Origin: Squalus acanthias
Taxonomy: Eukaryota
Assembly (NCBI GenBank): GCA_030390025.1
Contig: CM059431.1
Location: forward strand, 157,916,001 to 157,980,000
DNA: 64,000 nucleotides
Direction of reading: 5' to 3'
This document shows positions 1-12,540 of this stretch, in pieces. Under the pieces are notes generated by a model, which saw nothing but the letters and a program-made list of their open reading frames with translations, did no database searches and was not told the origin of the DNA. Within the stretch, counting starts at the first letter, position 1, and each line of letters begins with the position of its first letter. The position numbers and the translations under genes were made by a program.

Positions 1-522
1 GTCGTGATTGAGGTCAATCATCACAGCCCCAGGACATCGCTGCAGGAGTTCCTCAGGGAAGAGTCCAAGGCCCAATCATCTTCAGCTGCTTCATCAATGA
101 TCTTCCCTCCACCACCTTAAACGTTCACTCCCTCCACCAGAGGCGTACCGTGGCTGCAGTGTGCACCATCTACAAGATGCACAATAACAAATAACCAAGG
201 CTTCTTCGGCATCACCTCCCAAACCCGCGAACTCGCCCACCTAGAAGGCCAAGGGTGGCAGGTGCATGGGAACACCACCACCTCCAAGTTCCCCTCAAAT
301 TCACACACCATCCTGACTTAGAAGCATATCGCCGATCCTTCATCGTAGCTGGTTCAAAATCCTGGAACTCCCTCCCTAACAGCACTGTGGGAGGACCATC
401 ACCACACGGACTGCAGCAGTTCAAGAAGGCGGCTCGCCACCACCTTCTCAAGGGCAGTTAGGAATGGGCAATAAATGCTGGCCTTGCTAGCGACGCCCAC
501 ATCCCATAATGGAATATGAAAA
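1..522 (+). mobile_element. Non-LTR retrotransposon (LINE) 3' fragment with internal deletion; clade uncertain (CR1/L2-group or RTE-X-like)
   Basis: RT motif PQDIAAGVPQG..GPIIFSCFINDLPS, followed by the C-terminal HSLHQRRTVAAVCTIYKMH region; homologous to the copy at 6556-7510. Confidence 0.85.
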
Positions 523-1980
523 AGTGTTTAAACTTTCCTACGTTTAAAGTTCCCTATAATTGTTGTTTCCTCTGTTTACTTTTCCGTTATTTAAAGTTAC
601 TATTTTTACAGTTTCTTCTGTTTCCCCTTACCTCTGCTTCGTATTTCTTTTGTATCCTCTTTCCTATGTTTATTGTTTCCTTTGTTTAATATTTCTTATG
701 TTTACTATTACCTAAGTTTCCTGTTTCCGATGTTTCCTGTTTCCTAGGATTATTTGATGTTTCCTATGTTTACTGATTCTTATGTTTCATGTTTCATATG
801 ATTTAGTGATTCTTATATATCCTGCTTCCTCTGATTAATATTCCCTATGATTCCTGTTCGTGCTGATTCCTGTCTCTGCTGATTCTGTTTCCCATGTTTA
901 CTGTTTCCTCTGTTTCCTCTTTTCTTTATTTTTTACTGTTTCCTTACGTTACATTTTGTTTAATATCCCATTTCCTATAACTTCGTTGTCCTGTATTTCC
1001 GCTTTTAGATGATTACTGTTTCCTCTGTTTCCTTTCTTTGTTACTGTTTCTCATGTGTCATGTTTCCAATGTTGACTCTTTCCTATATTTACATTTTAGT
1101 TTGTTTCCTCTCTCTTATATTTCATGTTTCCAAAATTTCTATTTCTTATATTTCCTGTTGGCTATGGTTACTGCTTCCTATAATTCCTCTTTCCTATATT
1201 TTCTGTTTCGTCTGTTTCCTGTGTCCTATGATTTGCCATTCCAACGTTTACACGTCCTTTAGTTTCCTCTTTCACTTCTTTGCTCTTTCCTATGTTTCCT
1301 GTTTCTTATGTTTCTTTTGCCTATATTTACATTATGTTACATGTACTGTTTCCTTAGATTAATGTTTCTTATGTTCCATCTTCCCTATATTTCCTGAATC
1401 GTATGTTTCCTTTTTTCCTATTTATCCTGTGTGTTATCTTGTCCGTTTCCAATGTGAATTGTTTCCAATGTTTACATTTTCTTATATTTCCTATTTTCTA
1501 TGTTTACTGTTTCGTATAGTTACTGTTTCTGTGATTTACTGTTTCCTATGTTTCCTATTTCGTACGTTTCCTGTTTACTATATTTCCTGTTTCATATATT
1601 TCCTGTTGACTATAGTTACAGTGTGTTATGTAGACTGTGTTGTATTTTTAATGTTTCTTATGTTCCATCTTTCCTATGTTTAAGTTTATTATGTTTACTT
1701 TTTCCTGTGTTTCCTGTTTCCTATGTTTACTGTTCATTATGTGTCCTGTTTGCATTGTTTACTGTTTCGTATATTCCTTTTTCCTTCTTTTGCTCTTTAC
1801 AGTATTGAAGCTTTCCTATCTTCCAGCTTTATATGTTTCTTGTTTCCTATATCTGCTGTTTCTGGTGTATCCTGTTCCCTGTTTAAAGTTTATGTTTGCT
1901 GTTTCCTAAGTTTACTGTTTCCTATGCTTACTATTACTTTTGTTTACTGTTTCATTATTCTACTGTTGGTAATGTTTCAT
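523..1980 (+). repeat. Degenerate T-rich satellite/low-complexity array (GTTTCCT / ATGTTTACT units)
   Basis: Repeated tgtttcct, atgtttact and atatttcct units; the F/C/L/Y-rich ORFs here are by-products of the repeat. Confidence 0.95.
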
Positions 1981-3471
1981 GGACGGTATTTTGCGACCCC
2001 TATGGGTGCGTACGAGATGTGTAAACGTCCGTTGGGCCACGCAAGGTCCGGGGTTCGGCATGTGAAGCACATCCTTTAAAATCCGGTACTTGCGATCTGT
2101 CAAGAATTATCTTGAGAAGTCGCACAACACCAGGTTATAGTCCAACAGTTTTATTTAAAATTAGGAGCTTTCGGAGCGCTGCTCCTTCTTCAGGTACAAG
2201 TACAGTGAGGGAATACAAATTGGCAGCATATATACACAGAGAGCAATTTGTCTGCAGAGATACAATCTGTTAGGAAGGCATATCATCAAAGACACATCAG
2301 AGTACAGCTAACACAATGAGGTGGGTCACATGCTGCCGTCTGCAGTTGAGCTTTTAACTTTTTTTTTTGGTTGTTTTTTTTGTGTTTTTTTTTAAACTGG
2401 AAAGACAGACAACGATGTCGAGTCACGTTATGTAGCGTGAACTGGAAAGACAGACAACGACGTCGAGTCACGTTCTGTAGCGTAACACAAAAAAAAACAA
2501 CCAAAACAAAAACAAAAAAAAAAGTTCGAAGCTCAACTGCAGACGGCAACATTTGACACGTTGGACCCCCTGTGACCCACCTCATTGTGTTAGCTGTACT
2601 CTGATGTGTCTTTGATGTAATGCCTTACTAACAGATTGTATCTCTGCAGACAAATTGCTCTCTGTGTATATATACTGCCGAATTGTATTCCCTCACTGTA
2701 CTTGTACCTGAAGAAGGAGCACCGCTCCGAAAGCACGTGATTTTTAAAAAAAACTGTTAGACTATAACCTGGTGTTGTGCGACTTCTCATTTTTGTCCAC
2801 CCAAGTCCAACACTGGCATCTCCGCATCAAGAATTATCTTGACAGATTATCCGCATCCACAGGAAAAGGGCCTCTGCGGGTGGAGAGTTGCGCTATTTGC
2901 GCAACTTCCGCCTGCTGAATGCCCGTGAAATTCACAGGACTGGTAAAAGCAGGCATAAGGACTGCTTTTACCAGCATAAGAGTTTTAAGAAATGGAAAAG
3001 TAAATCTGTATCACTCATTTATACATTAAAAGCCTTGTTCAATAAGGTAAGTTTATTTTTAAACCCGATAAAACATATTTTTTTTTCAAAATATTAAGTT
3101 TGTGATTAAAATATTTAATTGAATGGCATTTTAATTCATTTTAAGTATGTAATTTCTTTGTAAATTTATTTCATGTACTCGATTATTTTTTAATTGACCA
3201 CCATTCATACTTATGTGGATTCGTACATACTGAACTCCCATTAGTATGAATGGAGATCTCCTTCTTTTATTAGTTGGGCCGGACCACGTTATCCCAGGGC
3301 ATCTTGCGAACCCTCTCCGCCCCTGGGATACGTGGGCCTCTTCCTGCGGTTACCCGGAGAGGCCCAGGATTGCAAGCCTCCATACCTCCCGGGTCCTCAG
3401 GTAAATGCCTAGATTATTTACAGGTCGGAGGCATACGTCTGCAGGAAGCCTTCGAATGAAAATTTTGGGCC
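1981..3471. mobile_element. Non-autonomous DNA transposon (PIF/Harbinger-like MITE), interrupted by a fold-back element
   Basis: Interrupts the satellite. Right end aaaattttgggcc, degenerate left end ggacggtatttt, candidate 3-bp TSD CAT. Shares internal motifs (aataaggtaagt, attcata..tatgaatg hairpin, cacgtnatcccag) with 42961-43723. Confidence 0.6.
2113..2828 (+). mobile_element. Fold-back non-autonomous Penelope-like element with hammerhead motif
   Basis: Inverted arms 2113-~2385 / ~2484-2789, unpaired 39-nt tail 2790-2828, direct repeat tcaagaattatcttga at 2100 and 2827, CTGAAGA-GGAGC/GCTCC-GAAA at 2708-2732. Confidence 0.75.
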
Positions 3472-4260
3472 CATATTTTCAATCTTTCCTTTTTCCTACA
3501 TTTACAGTTTCCCATATTTCCTGTTTCCTATGGTTACTGTTTCATGTTTTTTTTTCGTTTCATGTTTCCTGTTTCCTCTGTTTAAATTGTCTTATCTTTC
3601 CTCTTTCCTGTGGTAACTGTTTGTTAGTTTGTTCGTTTTCCTGTTTCCTGTTTTCTATATTTATAATGTCTCATGTTTCCTGTTTTCAATGTTTCATTTG
3701 TCCTATGTTTCCTGTTTCCTATATTTACTATTTCTTATATTTACCTTTGTTAATGCTTTCAATTTTGGCTTTTTCCTATGTTCCTGTTTTGCTATATTTC
3801 CTGTTTCGTTTGTTTCATGTTTCCTATATTTACGGTTTAAAATGTTAAATTTTTCTTATGTTTCCTTTTTTCTATGTTTACTCTTTCCTGTATTTCCTCT
3901 TACCAATATTTTCTGTTTCCCATGTGTCCTCTTTATTCTTTTTTTACTGATTCCAATTTTGCGTGTTTCCTATGCTTCTTTTTCCTATATTTACTGTTTC
4001 ATATGTTTCCTCTCTCCTATGTTTATTGTTTGTTTTGTTTCCTCTTTAATATTTTTCCTGTTTCCTCTGTTTGCTGTTTCGTATGGTTCCTGTTTCCTAT
4101 GATTCCTATGTTCAATGTGTCCTATGTTGTCTGTGTCCTATGTTCACCGTTTCAAATATTTTATGTTTCTTATGACTACGTTTTCCTTGTTTATTTTTTT
4201 TCTTATGCTCCCTCTATCTTAGGTTTAGGATTTTTCATGTTACCTATTTCTTATGTTGAA
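3472..4260 (+). repeat. Same T-rich satellite array
   Basis: tgtttcct/atgtttact units. Confidence 0.95.
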
Positions 4261-4564
4261 TGTTGTAGTTGGATGCCAACCGGATTGCACTCCACGGAGA
4301 CCTGCAACCATGTGCTGTTTGGCTTTTGAAGAATCTCCTGTTCAAGTGGTACGTTAATGAATGACGGGTAAAGTGGGCACTACATCAACATTAATGAATG
4401 AAACCCGTTACTTCAATAAGGTTATTAAATAAGGTTCTTGAACACTGAAATGAGGTGTCATAGACGGGATAGAGAGGGGGATTAAAAAGGAGGGGGTCGC
4501 AATATTGATTAGAGAATCAATTGCGGCTGTGAGGAGGGAGGATATCTTAGAAGGATCAACAAAT

Positions 4565-5562
4565 TTCACCCCACCAGCCTCAACATTCAATGGATCATCC
4601 TATGCCATTTTCGCCACCTCCAGCGTGATCCCACCACCAAATGGATCTTCCCCTCACCTCCCCTTTCAGCATTCCGCAGGGACCGCTCCCTCAACGGCAC
4701 CCTAGTCCACTCCTCTACCACCCCTAGCACCCCTTCCCCTTCGCCCGGCAACTTCCCATGCAAGCGCAGGAGATGCAACACATGCGCTTATACCTCCCCC
4801 CTTCCAACTGTCCAGGGCCCCAAACACCCCTTCCAGGTGAAACAGCGATTTACTTGCACTTCCTGCAATTTAGTATACTGTATTCGCTGCTCACGATGTG
4901 GTCTCCTTCACATTGGGGAGACCAAACGCAGATTGGGTGACCGCTTTGCGGAACACCTCCATTCAGTCCGTAAGCGGGACCCCGAGCTCCCGGTGGCCTG
5001 TCACTTTAATTCTCCACTCCACTCCCACTCTGACCTCACCGTCCTCGGCTTCTTGCATTGTTCCACGGAAGCTCAGCGTAAGCTCGAGGAACAGCACCTC
5101 ATCTTTCGTTTATGAATTCTACAGCCCTCTGGACTCAAAAAGAGTTCAACAATTTCAGATCATAACCCATCACATATATATATATATATATTTTTTTATC
5201 CACCCTTTTGTTAGGCCTTTTTTTCTTCCCTCCCAGAAGCTGGCAGCTGTCCTTCATTCTGCCAGCGCATTTCACACTTCATCTAGAGCCATACTTTGTT
5301 CCTCAACCTGTCACATTACCACCTCCTCTTGCCTCTTAATGTCTCTTAATCTCTCCTGCTTTCTATCCTATCACTAACCATCCCTTTTGTTCTTTCAATC
5401 CCACCCGTTTTTCCCAGCATTATTCTTGCTTTAAAATCTATTTCATTTCCTGCTTTTTTCCAGTTCTGACGAAAGGTCTTCGACCTGAAACGTTAACTCT
5501 GTTTCTCTCTCCACGGATGCTGCCTGGCCTGCTGAGTTTTTCCAGCGTTTTCTGTTGTTGTA
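4565..5562 (+). mobile_element. Penelope-like element, 5'-truncated: GIY-YIG endonuclease domain plus 3' end
   Basis: ORF 4837-5115 NLVYCIRCSRCGLLHIGETKRRLGDRFAEHL (GIY-YIG); 3' region with hammerhead motif; inserted in the CR1 EN region. Confidence 0.9.
5462..5498 (+). ncRNA. Minimal type I hammerhead ribozyme (Penelope-associated)
   Basis: AGUU-CUGACGA-a-AGGUC(uuc)GACCU-GAAAC-GUU-AACU: core, helix II, palindromic ACGU helix III, and helix I AGUU/AACU. Confidence 0.75.
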
Positions 5563-6555
5563 TCAAATGAGGAAATATGGGTTGAACTGAAAAACAAAAA
5601 AAGGGCAATCACGCTGCTGGGAGTGTACTATAGAACTCTTAACAGTCAAAGGGAGATTAAAATAGCCAATATTTAGGCAAATTTCTGAGAAGTGTAAAAA
5701 TAGGGCAGTAGTAGCAGGGGATTTCAACTTCCCCAATATTAACTGAGATAAAATTCGCGTGAAAGGCATAGATGGAGCAGAATTCTTAAAATGCATTCAG
5801 GAGAACTTTTTTAGCCAGTACGTACCCAGCCCAACAAGAGTGGCGGCGGTTCTGGACCTAGATTTAGGGAATGGCTCTGGATCCAATTTTAGGGAACGAC
5901 GTTGAGCAGGTGGGAAGGATATCAGTGAGCAGCATATTGTAGGTAGTGATCATAATTCAGTTAGATTTATGGTAGTTATGGAAAAGCAAAAGGATATACC
6001 AGGAATACAAGTTCTCAATTGGGGAAAAGCTAATTTGATTACGCTGAGCAGTGATTTAGCCAAAGTGGACTGGAGACAGAAACTTGAAGGCAAATCAGTG
6101 TCAAAGCAGTGGGAGGTATTCAAGGAGGAGATAGGGAGGGTTCAGAGCAAGTATGTTCCATTAAAGAAAAATGGTGGAACCAATAAATATCGAGCTCCCT
6201 GCATGTCAAGGGGCATACAGGGTAGGATAAAGAAAAAAAGGGAAGCTTATGACAGATAGCGTGGACTCAAATACTGCAGAAAGCCGAGAGGAGTATAGAA
6301 AGTACAGGAGGGAAATGAAAATAGAAAATAAGGAAAGCAAAGAGAGAGCATTAAAAAATATTGGCTAGTAAAATCAAAGTAAACCCAAAGCTGTTTTATA
6401 AATACATTAAGAGCAAGAGGATAAGTAAAGTAAGAGTAGGGCATATTAGAGACCATAAACGTAACCTGTGTGTGGAAGCTGAACCCATGGGTATGGTTCT
6501 TAATGAATGCTTTGCGTCTGTTTTCATAAAAGAGGGGACGATGCAGACAGTTTTT

Positions 6556-7510
6556 TAATTCGTTTTATGGGATGTGGGCATCGCTGAGAAGGCCAGCATT
6601 TATTGAAATCCCCAGTTGCCCTTGAGAAAGTCGTGGTGAGCCGCCACCTTGAAAAGCTTCATTCCATGTGGTCAAGGTCCTTCCACAGTGCTGTTAGGTA
6701 GGCAATTCCAAGATTTTGACCCAGCGACGATGAAGACTCCGCGATTCACTTCTAAGTCAGGATGGTGTGTGACTTGGAGGGCTACTTGGAGGTGCTGGTG
6801 TTCCCATGCGCCTGCTACACTTGTCCTTCTATGTGGAAGAGATAGCGGGCTTGGGAGATGCTGCCGAAGAAGCCTTGGCGAGTTGCTTCTTTGCATCATC
6901 CGAATGGTACACACTGCAGCCACAGTACGTCGATGGTGGAGTGAGTGAATGTTTAATGTGGTGGAGCGGGTGCCAATCAAGCCGGCTGCTTTGTCCTGGA
7001 TGGTGTTGAGCTTCTTGAGTGTTGTTGGAGCTGCACTCATCCAAGCAAGTGGCGAGTATTCCATCAAAATCCTTACTTGTGCCTTGTAGATGGTGGAAAG
7101 TCTTTGGGGAGTCAGGAGGTGAAATACTCGCCGCAGAATACATAGCCTCTGACCTGCGCTTGTTGCCAAAATATTTATGCGTCTGGTCCAGTGTCTGTTC
7201 AATGAATGTTGATGGTGGGGTATTCGGCATTGGTAATGCCGTTGAATGACAAGGGGCGTTGGTTAGACTCTCGCTTGTTGGAGATAGTCATTGCCTGGCA
7301 AATCCGTGGTGCGAATGTTAACTGCCACTTCTCAGCCCAAGCCTGAACTGCGTCCAGATCTTGTTGCATGCGGTCATCGATTGCTTCATTATCTGAGGAG
7401 TTGTGAATGGCGCTGAACACTGTGCAGTCATCAGCGAAAATCCCCATTTCTGAAAATATGTTGGAGGGAAGGTTATTGATGAAGCAGCTGAAGATGGTTT
7501 TGCCTAGGAC
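6556..7510 (-). mobile_element. LINE 3' part (same family as 1-522), nested in CR1
   Basis: GIFADDCTVF, IYKAQVRILMEYSPLAW, HSLHHRRTVAAVCTI; the host CR1 resumes across it (gatgcagaca|ttgcaatc). Confidence 0.9.
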
Positions 7511-7969
7511 ATTGCAATCAGGGAGGAGGATTGTAAAATATTAGATGGACTAAACATAGTGTAACTTGAAGTATTAAGGGGTGTAGCGTCTTTGAACGTG
7601 GATAAATCCCCAGGCCCGGTTGAAATGTATCCCAGACTGTTAAGAGAAGTAAGAGAAGAAAGAGTAGAGGCTCTGACCATCATTTGCCAATCCTCTCTGG
7701 CTACAGGTGTGATACCTGAAGACTTGAGTAATTCTAATGTGGTGCCGTTGTTATAAAAGTGAGAAAGGGATAGACTGAGTAATTACTGGCCAGTCAGCCT
7801 AACCTCGGGGTTGGGAAAATTATTGGAAAAATTTCTTAGTGACAGGATAAATCATCATTTAGAACGACACGGATTAATCAGGGACAGTCAGCATGGATTT
7901 GTTAAGGGTAGGTCGTGTCTGACTAAATTGATTGAATTTTTGGAGGAGGTAATCAGGAGGGTAAATGAC

Positions 7970-8146
7970 GGTAGATTCAATGTTTCCAAGGGGAGACTAG
8001 ATAGGCACTTGAGGGAAAGAAAATTGCGGAACTACGGGGATAGAGCGGGGGAATGCGACTGACTGGATTGCTCTACAGAGAGGCGGCACGGACTCGATGG
8101 TCCGAATGACCTTCTTCTGTGCCGTTATGACTCTATGACGCTATGA
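7970..8146 (+). mobile_element. Short 3'-terminal CR1 fragment nested in CR1
   Basis: KGRLDRHLRE..YGDRAGE terminus followed by a (ctatga) tail; host RT continues on both sides. Confidence 0.75.
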
Positions 8147-9532
8147 GGGTAGTGCGATGATATAGTCTATATATATTTTAGCAAGGCTTTTGATAAGGTC
8201 CCCCATGGCAGACTCGTCACGAAAGTAAAAGCCCATGGGTTCCAAGGCAAAGTGGCAAGTTGGATCCAAAATTGGCTTAGAGGCAGGAAACCGAGTGTAA
8301 TGGTCGAAGTGTGTTTTTGTGGCTGGAAGGCTGTTTCTAGTGGGGATCCGCAGGGCTCAGTACTGGGTCCTTTGCTTTTTGTGGTATATATCAATGATTT
8401 GGACATGAATGTAGGAAGTATGATAAAGAAGTTTTCAGGTGATACAAAAATTGTCCGTTTGGTTGAAATGAAGGATACAGCTACAGACTGCAGGAAGATA
8501 TCGATGGACTGGTCAGGTGGGCAGGACAGTGCAAATAGAAAGCAATTTGGAGAAGTGTGAGGTAATGTATTTGAGGAGGGCTAACAAGGCAAGGGAATAG
8601 ACTATAAATGGTAGGGCACTGAGAAGTGCAGAAGATCAGAGGGACCTTGGACTGCTTGTCCACAGATCCCTGAAGGTAGCGTGACAGTTAGATAAGTTCG
8701 TTAAGAAGGCTTACGGGGTACTTGCATTTATTAGACGAGGCATAGAATATAAGAGCAGGGAGGTTATGCTTGAACTGTATAAAACACTAATCAGACCGCA
8801 GCTAGAATACTGCGTGCAGTTCTGGTCACCACATTACAGGAAGGTTGTGATTGCACTAGAGGGGGTGCAGAGGAGATTTACGAGGATGATGCCTGGCTGG
8901 GGAATTTTAGCTATGAGGAAAGATTTGATAGGCTGGTGTTGCTTTCTTTGGAACAGAGGAGGCTGAGTGGAGACCGAATTGAGGTGTATAAAATTATGAG
9001 GGGCCGAGATGGAGTGGATAGGAACGACCTATTTCCCTTAGCAGAAGGGCAAATAACCAGGGGGCATAGATTAAAATTAATTGTTCAGAGGTTTAGTGAG
9101 GATTTGGAACTAACTGCCTTAAATGGTGGTAGAGGCAGATACCCTCATCACATTTGAAAAGTGCATGGATATGCACGAAGTGCCATAACCTAGAAGGCTA
9201 TGCACCAAATGCTGGAAAGTGAGATTAGGATGGATAGTTCTTTGTCGGCGGCACGGACAAGATGGGCCGGAAGGCCACCTTCAATGCTGTTAATTTCTAT
9301 AATGATTTCTATAATTTCACATCCCCAGAGGCCGATGGCAGCCGACTTAATGGCCAATTAATTTTACTGCTTGGATTGTAGCAAACTTCACCATGGTTTG
9401 CTCTGAGTGTTATGGACCCATTGACAGAGGGCAGGTTCTAGTGACTGAATTGGGCACGTTACATCACTACCTGTGATTGACGAACAAAATGGGACTCTAG
9501 ATCATCTAACTACCACGCGGGGTCTCAATGTA

Positions 9533-10150
9533 AAACATAGAAACTTAGCAAAATAGGAGCAGGATTAGGCCCTTTCTGCCCTTCGAGCCTGCTCCGCCAT
9601 TCAATATGATCATGGCAGATCTTCTATCTCAATACCATATTCCTGCTATCTACTTATTAAATATAATCAGTGACTTGGCCTCCACAGCCTTCTGTGGTAG
9701 AGAATTCCACAGGTTCACCACCCTCAGAGTAAAGAAATGTCTCCTTATCTCAGTCCTAAATTTCCTACCCCATATCCTGAGACTGTGACCCTTCGTTCTA
9801 GAGCCCCCAGCCAGGGTAAACATCCTCCCTGCATCCAGTCTGTCTAGCCCTGTCAGAATTTTATACGCTTCAATTTGATCCCCTCTCATTTTCCTGAACT
9901 CCAGTGAATACCGGCCTAGTCGACCCAATCTCTACTCATACGACCGTCCTGCCATCCCAGGAACTAATCTGGTGAACCTTCGCTGCACTCCCTCTATGAC
10001 AAATATATCCTTTCTTAGGTAAGGAGACCAAAACTGCCCACAGTACTCCAGGTGTGGTCTCACCAAGTCCCTGTATAACTGTAGTAAGACATCCTTGCTC
10101 CTGCACTCAAATCCTCTTGCAATGAAGGCCAACATATCATTGACTTCCTA
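9533..10150 (-). mobile_element. CR1 3' fragment
   Basis: LVRPHLEYCGQFWSP, FFTLRVVNLWNSLP; CR1 3' UTR and tail on the minus strand. Confidence 0.9.
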
Positions 10151-10664
10151 AAATCATTATTTCACCCTGGCAAGTGTAGGGCATGCGCTCTTTCTACAGA
10201 GAAATGCGATGTTCTGCATAACACCGTGATCTGGAGCTGGCCTCATCCAAAGGGGGAGTGTTCTCCACGTCTGGATCCTTCCCATCACGCTCCCGTTTGT
10301 AGTCAGGGCTCTCAACCCACCGGTGGTCAATCAGGGGTTGATTCTCCTTCAGTATGGTAGATAATCTGGTCTGTGGGATACAAAAGTGAGGCGTCACAAC
10401 CCTCCCTCTCGTTTTTACCATTACCGCAACCCCTTACGGATCCACCACATTCCATCATCTCTACAGTACAGACCGCTTCCGACCTCACATGATAAACTCT
10501 GTAGGGAGCAGTTTAGGGCCCATTAGTTCAGAACAGTCACTGAACGGTCAAACTCTCTGTCCCAGTGACTATCATTGCTGAACACGCTGTGAATCGGGGT
10601 TGGATTTCTTTCCTGTGACGATCAGCTGTCGAGTTTCACTAATGCATTCAGTACACTCAACCTC

Positions 10665-11032
10665 AAGGATCAGTCAAATGGACCGAACCACTTAGATACA
10701 TATGGATGACTGAATTGGCCAGGATGGATGATCCTAACATCAGGATGATCGCCACAACCCAAACCCACTGATCATTGTAAATGGACCTAACAATCCAGAT
10801 ACATGTGGGGGAGGGGACTGGCCAGGATGAACTGATCATTACAAACAAAGGGTCTCCACAGCCCAACCCCATTGGTCATTGTAAATGGACCGAAACCCCT
10901 AGCTACATGTTGGGGACGGGACGGGCCAGGATAGTCTGCTCATTACAAGAGAATGAACACTGCAATTCCAACCGCACTGATCAGTGGAAATGGACCGAAA
11001 CATCTACACACATATGGGTGAGGGGGCTAGCA
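10665..11032 (+). repeat. Degenerate ~103-bp tandem repeat, about 4 units
   Basis: gatca..aaatggacc.aa....ag.tacat.tgg recurs at about 10668, 10770, 10873 and 10979. Confidence 0.8.
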
Positions 11033-11035
11033 CAT

Positions 11036-12540
11036 TTCAACAACAACCTTCATTTATATAGCGCATTTAACTTAGTAAAAGGCCCCAAGGCGCTTCACAT
11101 GAGCATAATAAGACAACATAAGGCTACGGAACCAAAGAAGGAGACATTAGGACAAGTGACCAAAAGCCTCATCAGAGGTAGCTTTTAAGGAGACTTAAAG
11201 GAGGAGAAAATAGACAAGTTTGGGGATGGAATTGCAAAGTTTGGTGCGGAGACAGCTCAAGGCACGGCTGTTAATGTTGGGAAAATAAAGCGGAGGATGC
11301 ACATGAGGCCAGATTATGACCAATCGTAGGGCTGGAGGAGGTTACACAGATAGGAAGCGGCGCGGCCATGCAGGCATTTGAACACGAGAATGAGAATTTT
11401 AAAATCGAGTCATTTCTGCAACAGGACTCAATGTAGTTCAAGGAACAGAGGGTGATGTGTGAGCGGAACTTTATGCGAGTTCGGTTAAAGTCAGCAGAGT
11501 TTTGGGTGAGCTTAAGTTTAAATAGCGTGTAAGATGGGAGTCGGGACAGGTTTGCATTGTGTAAGTCAAGATGGTGGTAACAAAAGCCTGTAGGTTTTTA
11601 GCAGCAGAAGGGGCGGAGCTGGGGGTTATGACGTAGCCTTTGTGATAGACACGAGATGGGGTCAGAAGCTCAGCTCAGCGTCTAAATGGGAGGCCGAGGA
11701 TGTGAACAGTCTGCTTCAGCCTGAGACATTTGCCAGGGAGGGAACGGAATTTGTCGCTAGGAGCAAATAAAATGGATTCAGTCTTCCCAATGTTTAATTG
11801 AAGTATATTTTGACTCATTCAGGACAGCATGTCAGACAAGTGTTTTGATATCACAGAAGCAGTGCAGCGGTCGAGAGAGTTGGGTTGACGTACAGCGGTG
11901 TGTCGTCAGTGTATATATGGAATCTGACGGTGTATTTCCGGATGATGTCGCTAAGGGCATATATAGATAGGATGGCAAAAGAGTATAAACTTCGAAGACT
12001 CCAGAGGTAACTTTGCGAAAACTCGAACATAAGCAATTGCATGATATTCTCTGGCTATGAGTGCATGGTTAACACTGGAACTAAATGAAGGCAGGTCTAT
12101 TGAACTTGAAAATGGAGGAGTGGCATTGAAGAAGGTTGATCTTGTCAGCCATGAAAATGATAGGAGGAATGAGGAGGGATAATGCACTGTGGTGACAATT
12201 ACATAAGAATTTAGTTTGCGAATTCAATAAGAACCGTTTCAGTGCTGTGGCAAGGAAAGAAACATGATTGGAAAGAATCAACCAAGGAGTTAGCAGTAAT
12301 ATGCCACGGATCTGGGAGAGGAATAGGAGATTGTATATGGGGCGGTAATTTGCAAAGACAGAGGGTCAAGGGTGGATCTATTTGGGTGACGGCAGACTTG
12401 AAAGGGAGCGAACAGTATCAACGGTGTTCATAATAGTAGCTGGCATGAGAGCTAGAAAGGGAAGCTGGTTGATCAGCAGTTTAGTGGGAATAGGGTCGAG
12501 AGAGACGGGGTGGGTCTCGTCTACAAAAGTAGCTCGCGGA
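11036..12540 (-). mobile_element. Ancient L2 LINE fragment
   Basis: LDPIPTKLL and FHIYTDDTPLY (YADD) motifs on the minus strand; L2-type 3' end caacaacaac...tttatatagcgc. Confidence 0.8.

Larger units (their letters stand above)
4462..9315 (+). mobile_element. Degenerate CR1 ORF2 (APE + RT) through 3' tail, interrupted by three insertions
   Basis: EN motifs (GGVAILIRE, GDFNFPNIN), RT motifs (SQHGFVKGRSCLT, PQGSVLGPLLF, RPQLEYCVQFWSP), tail tttctataatgatttctata; many stops and frameshifts. Confidence 0.9.
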
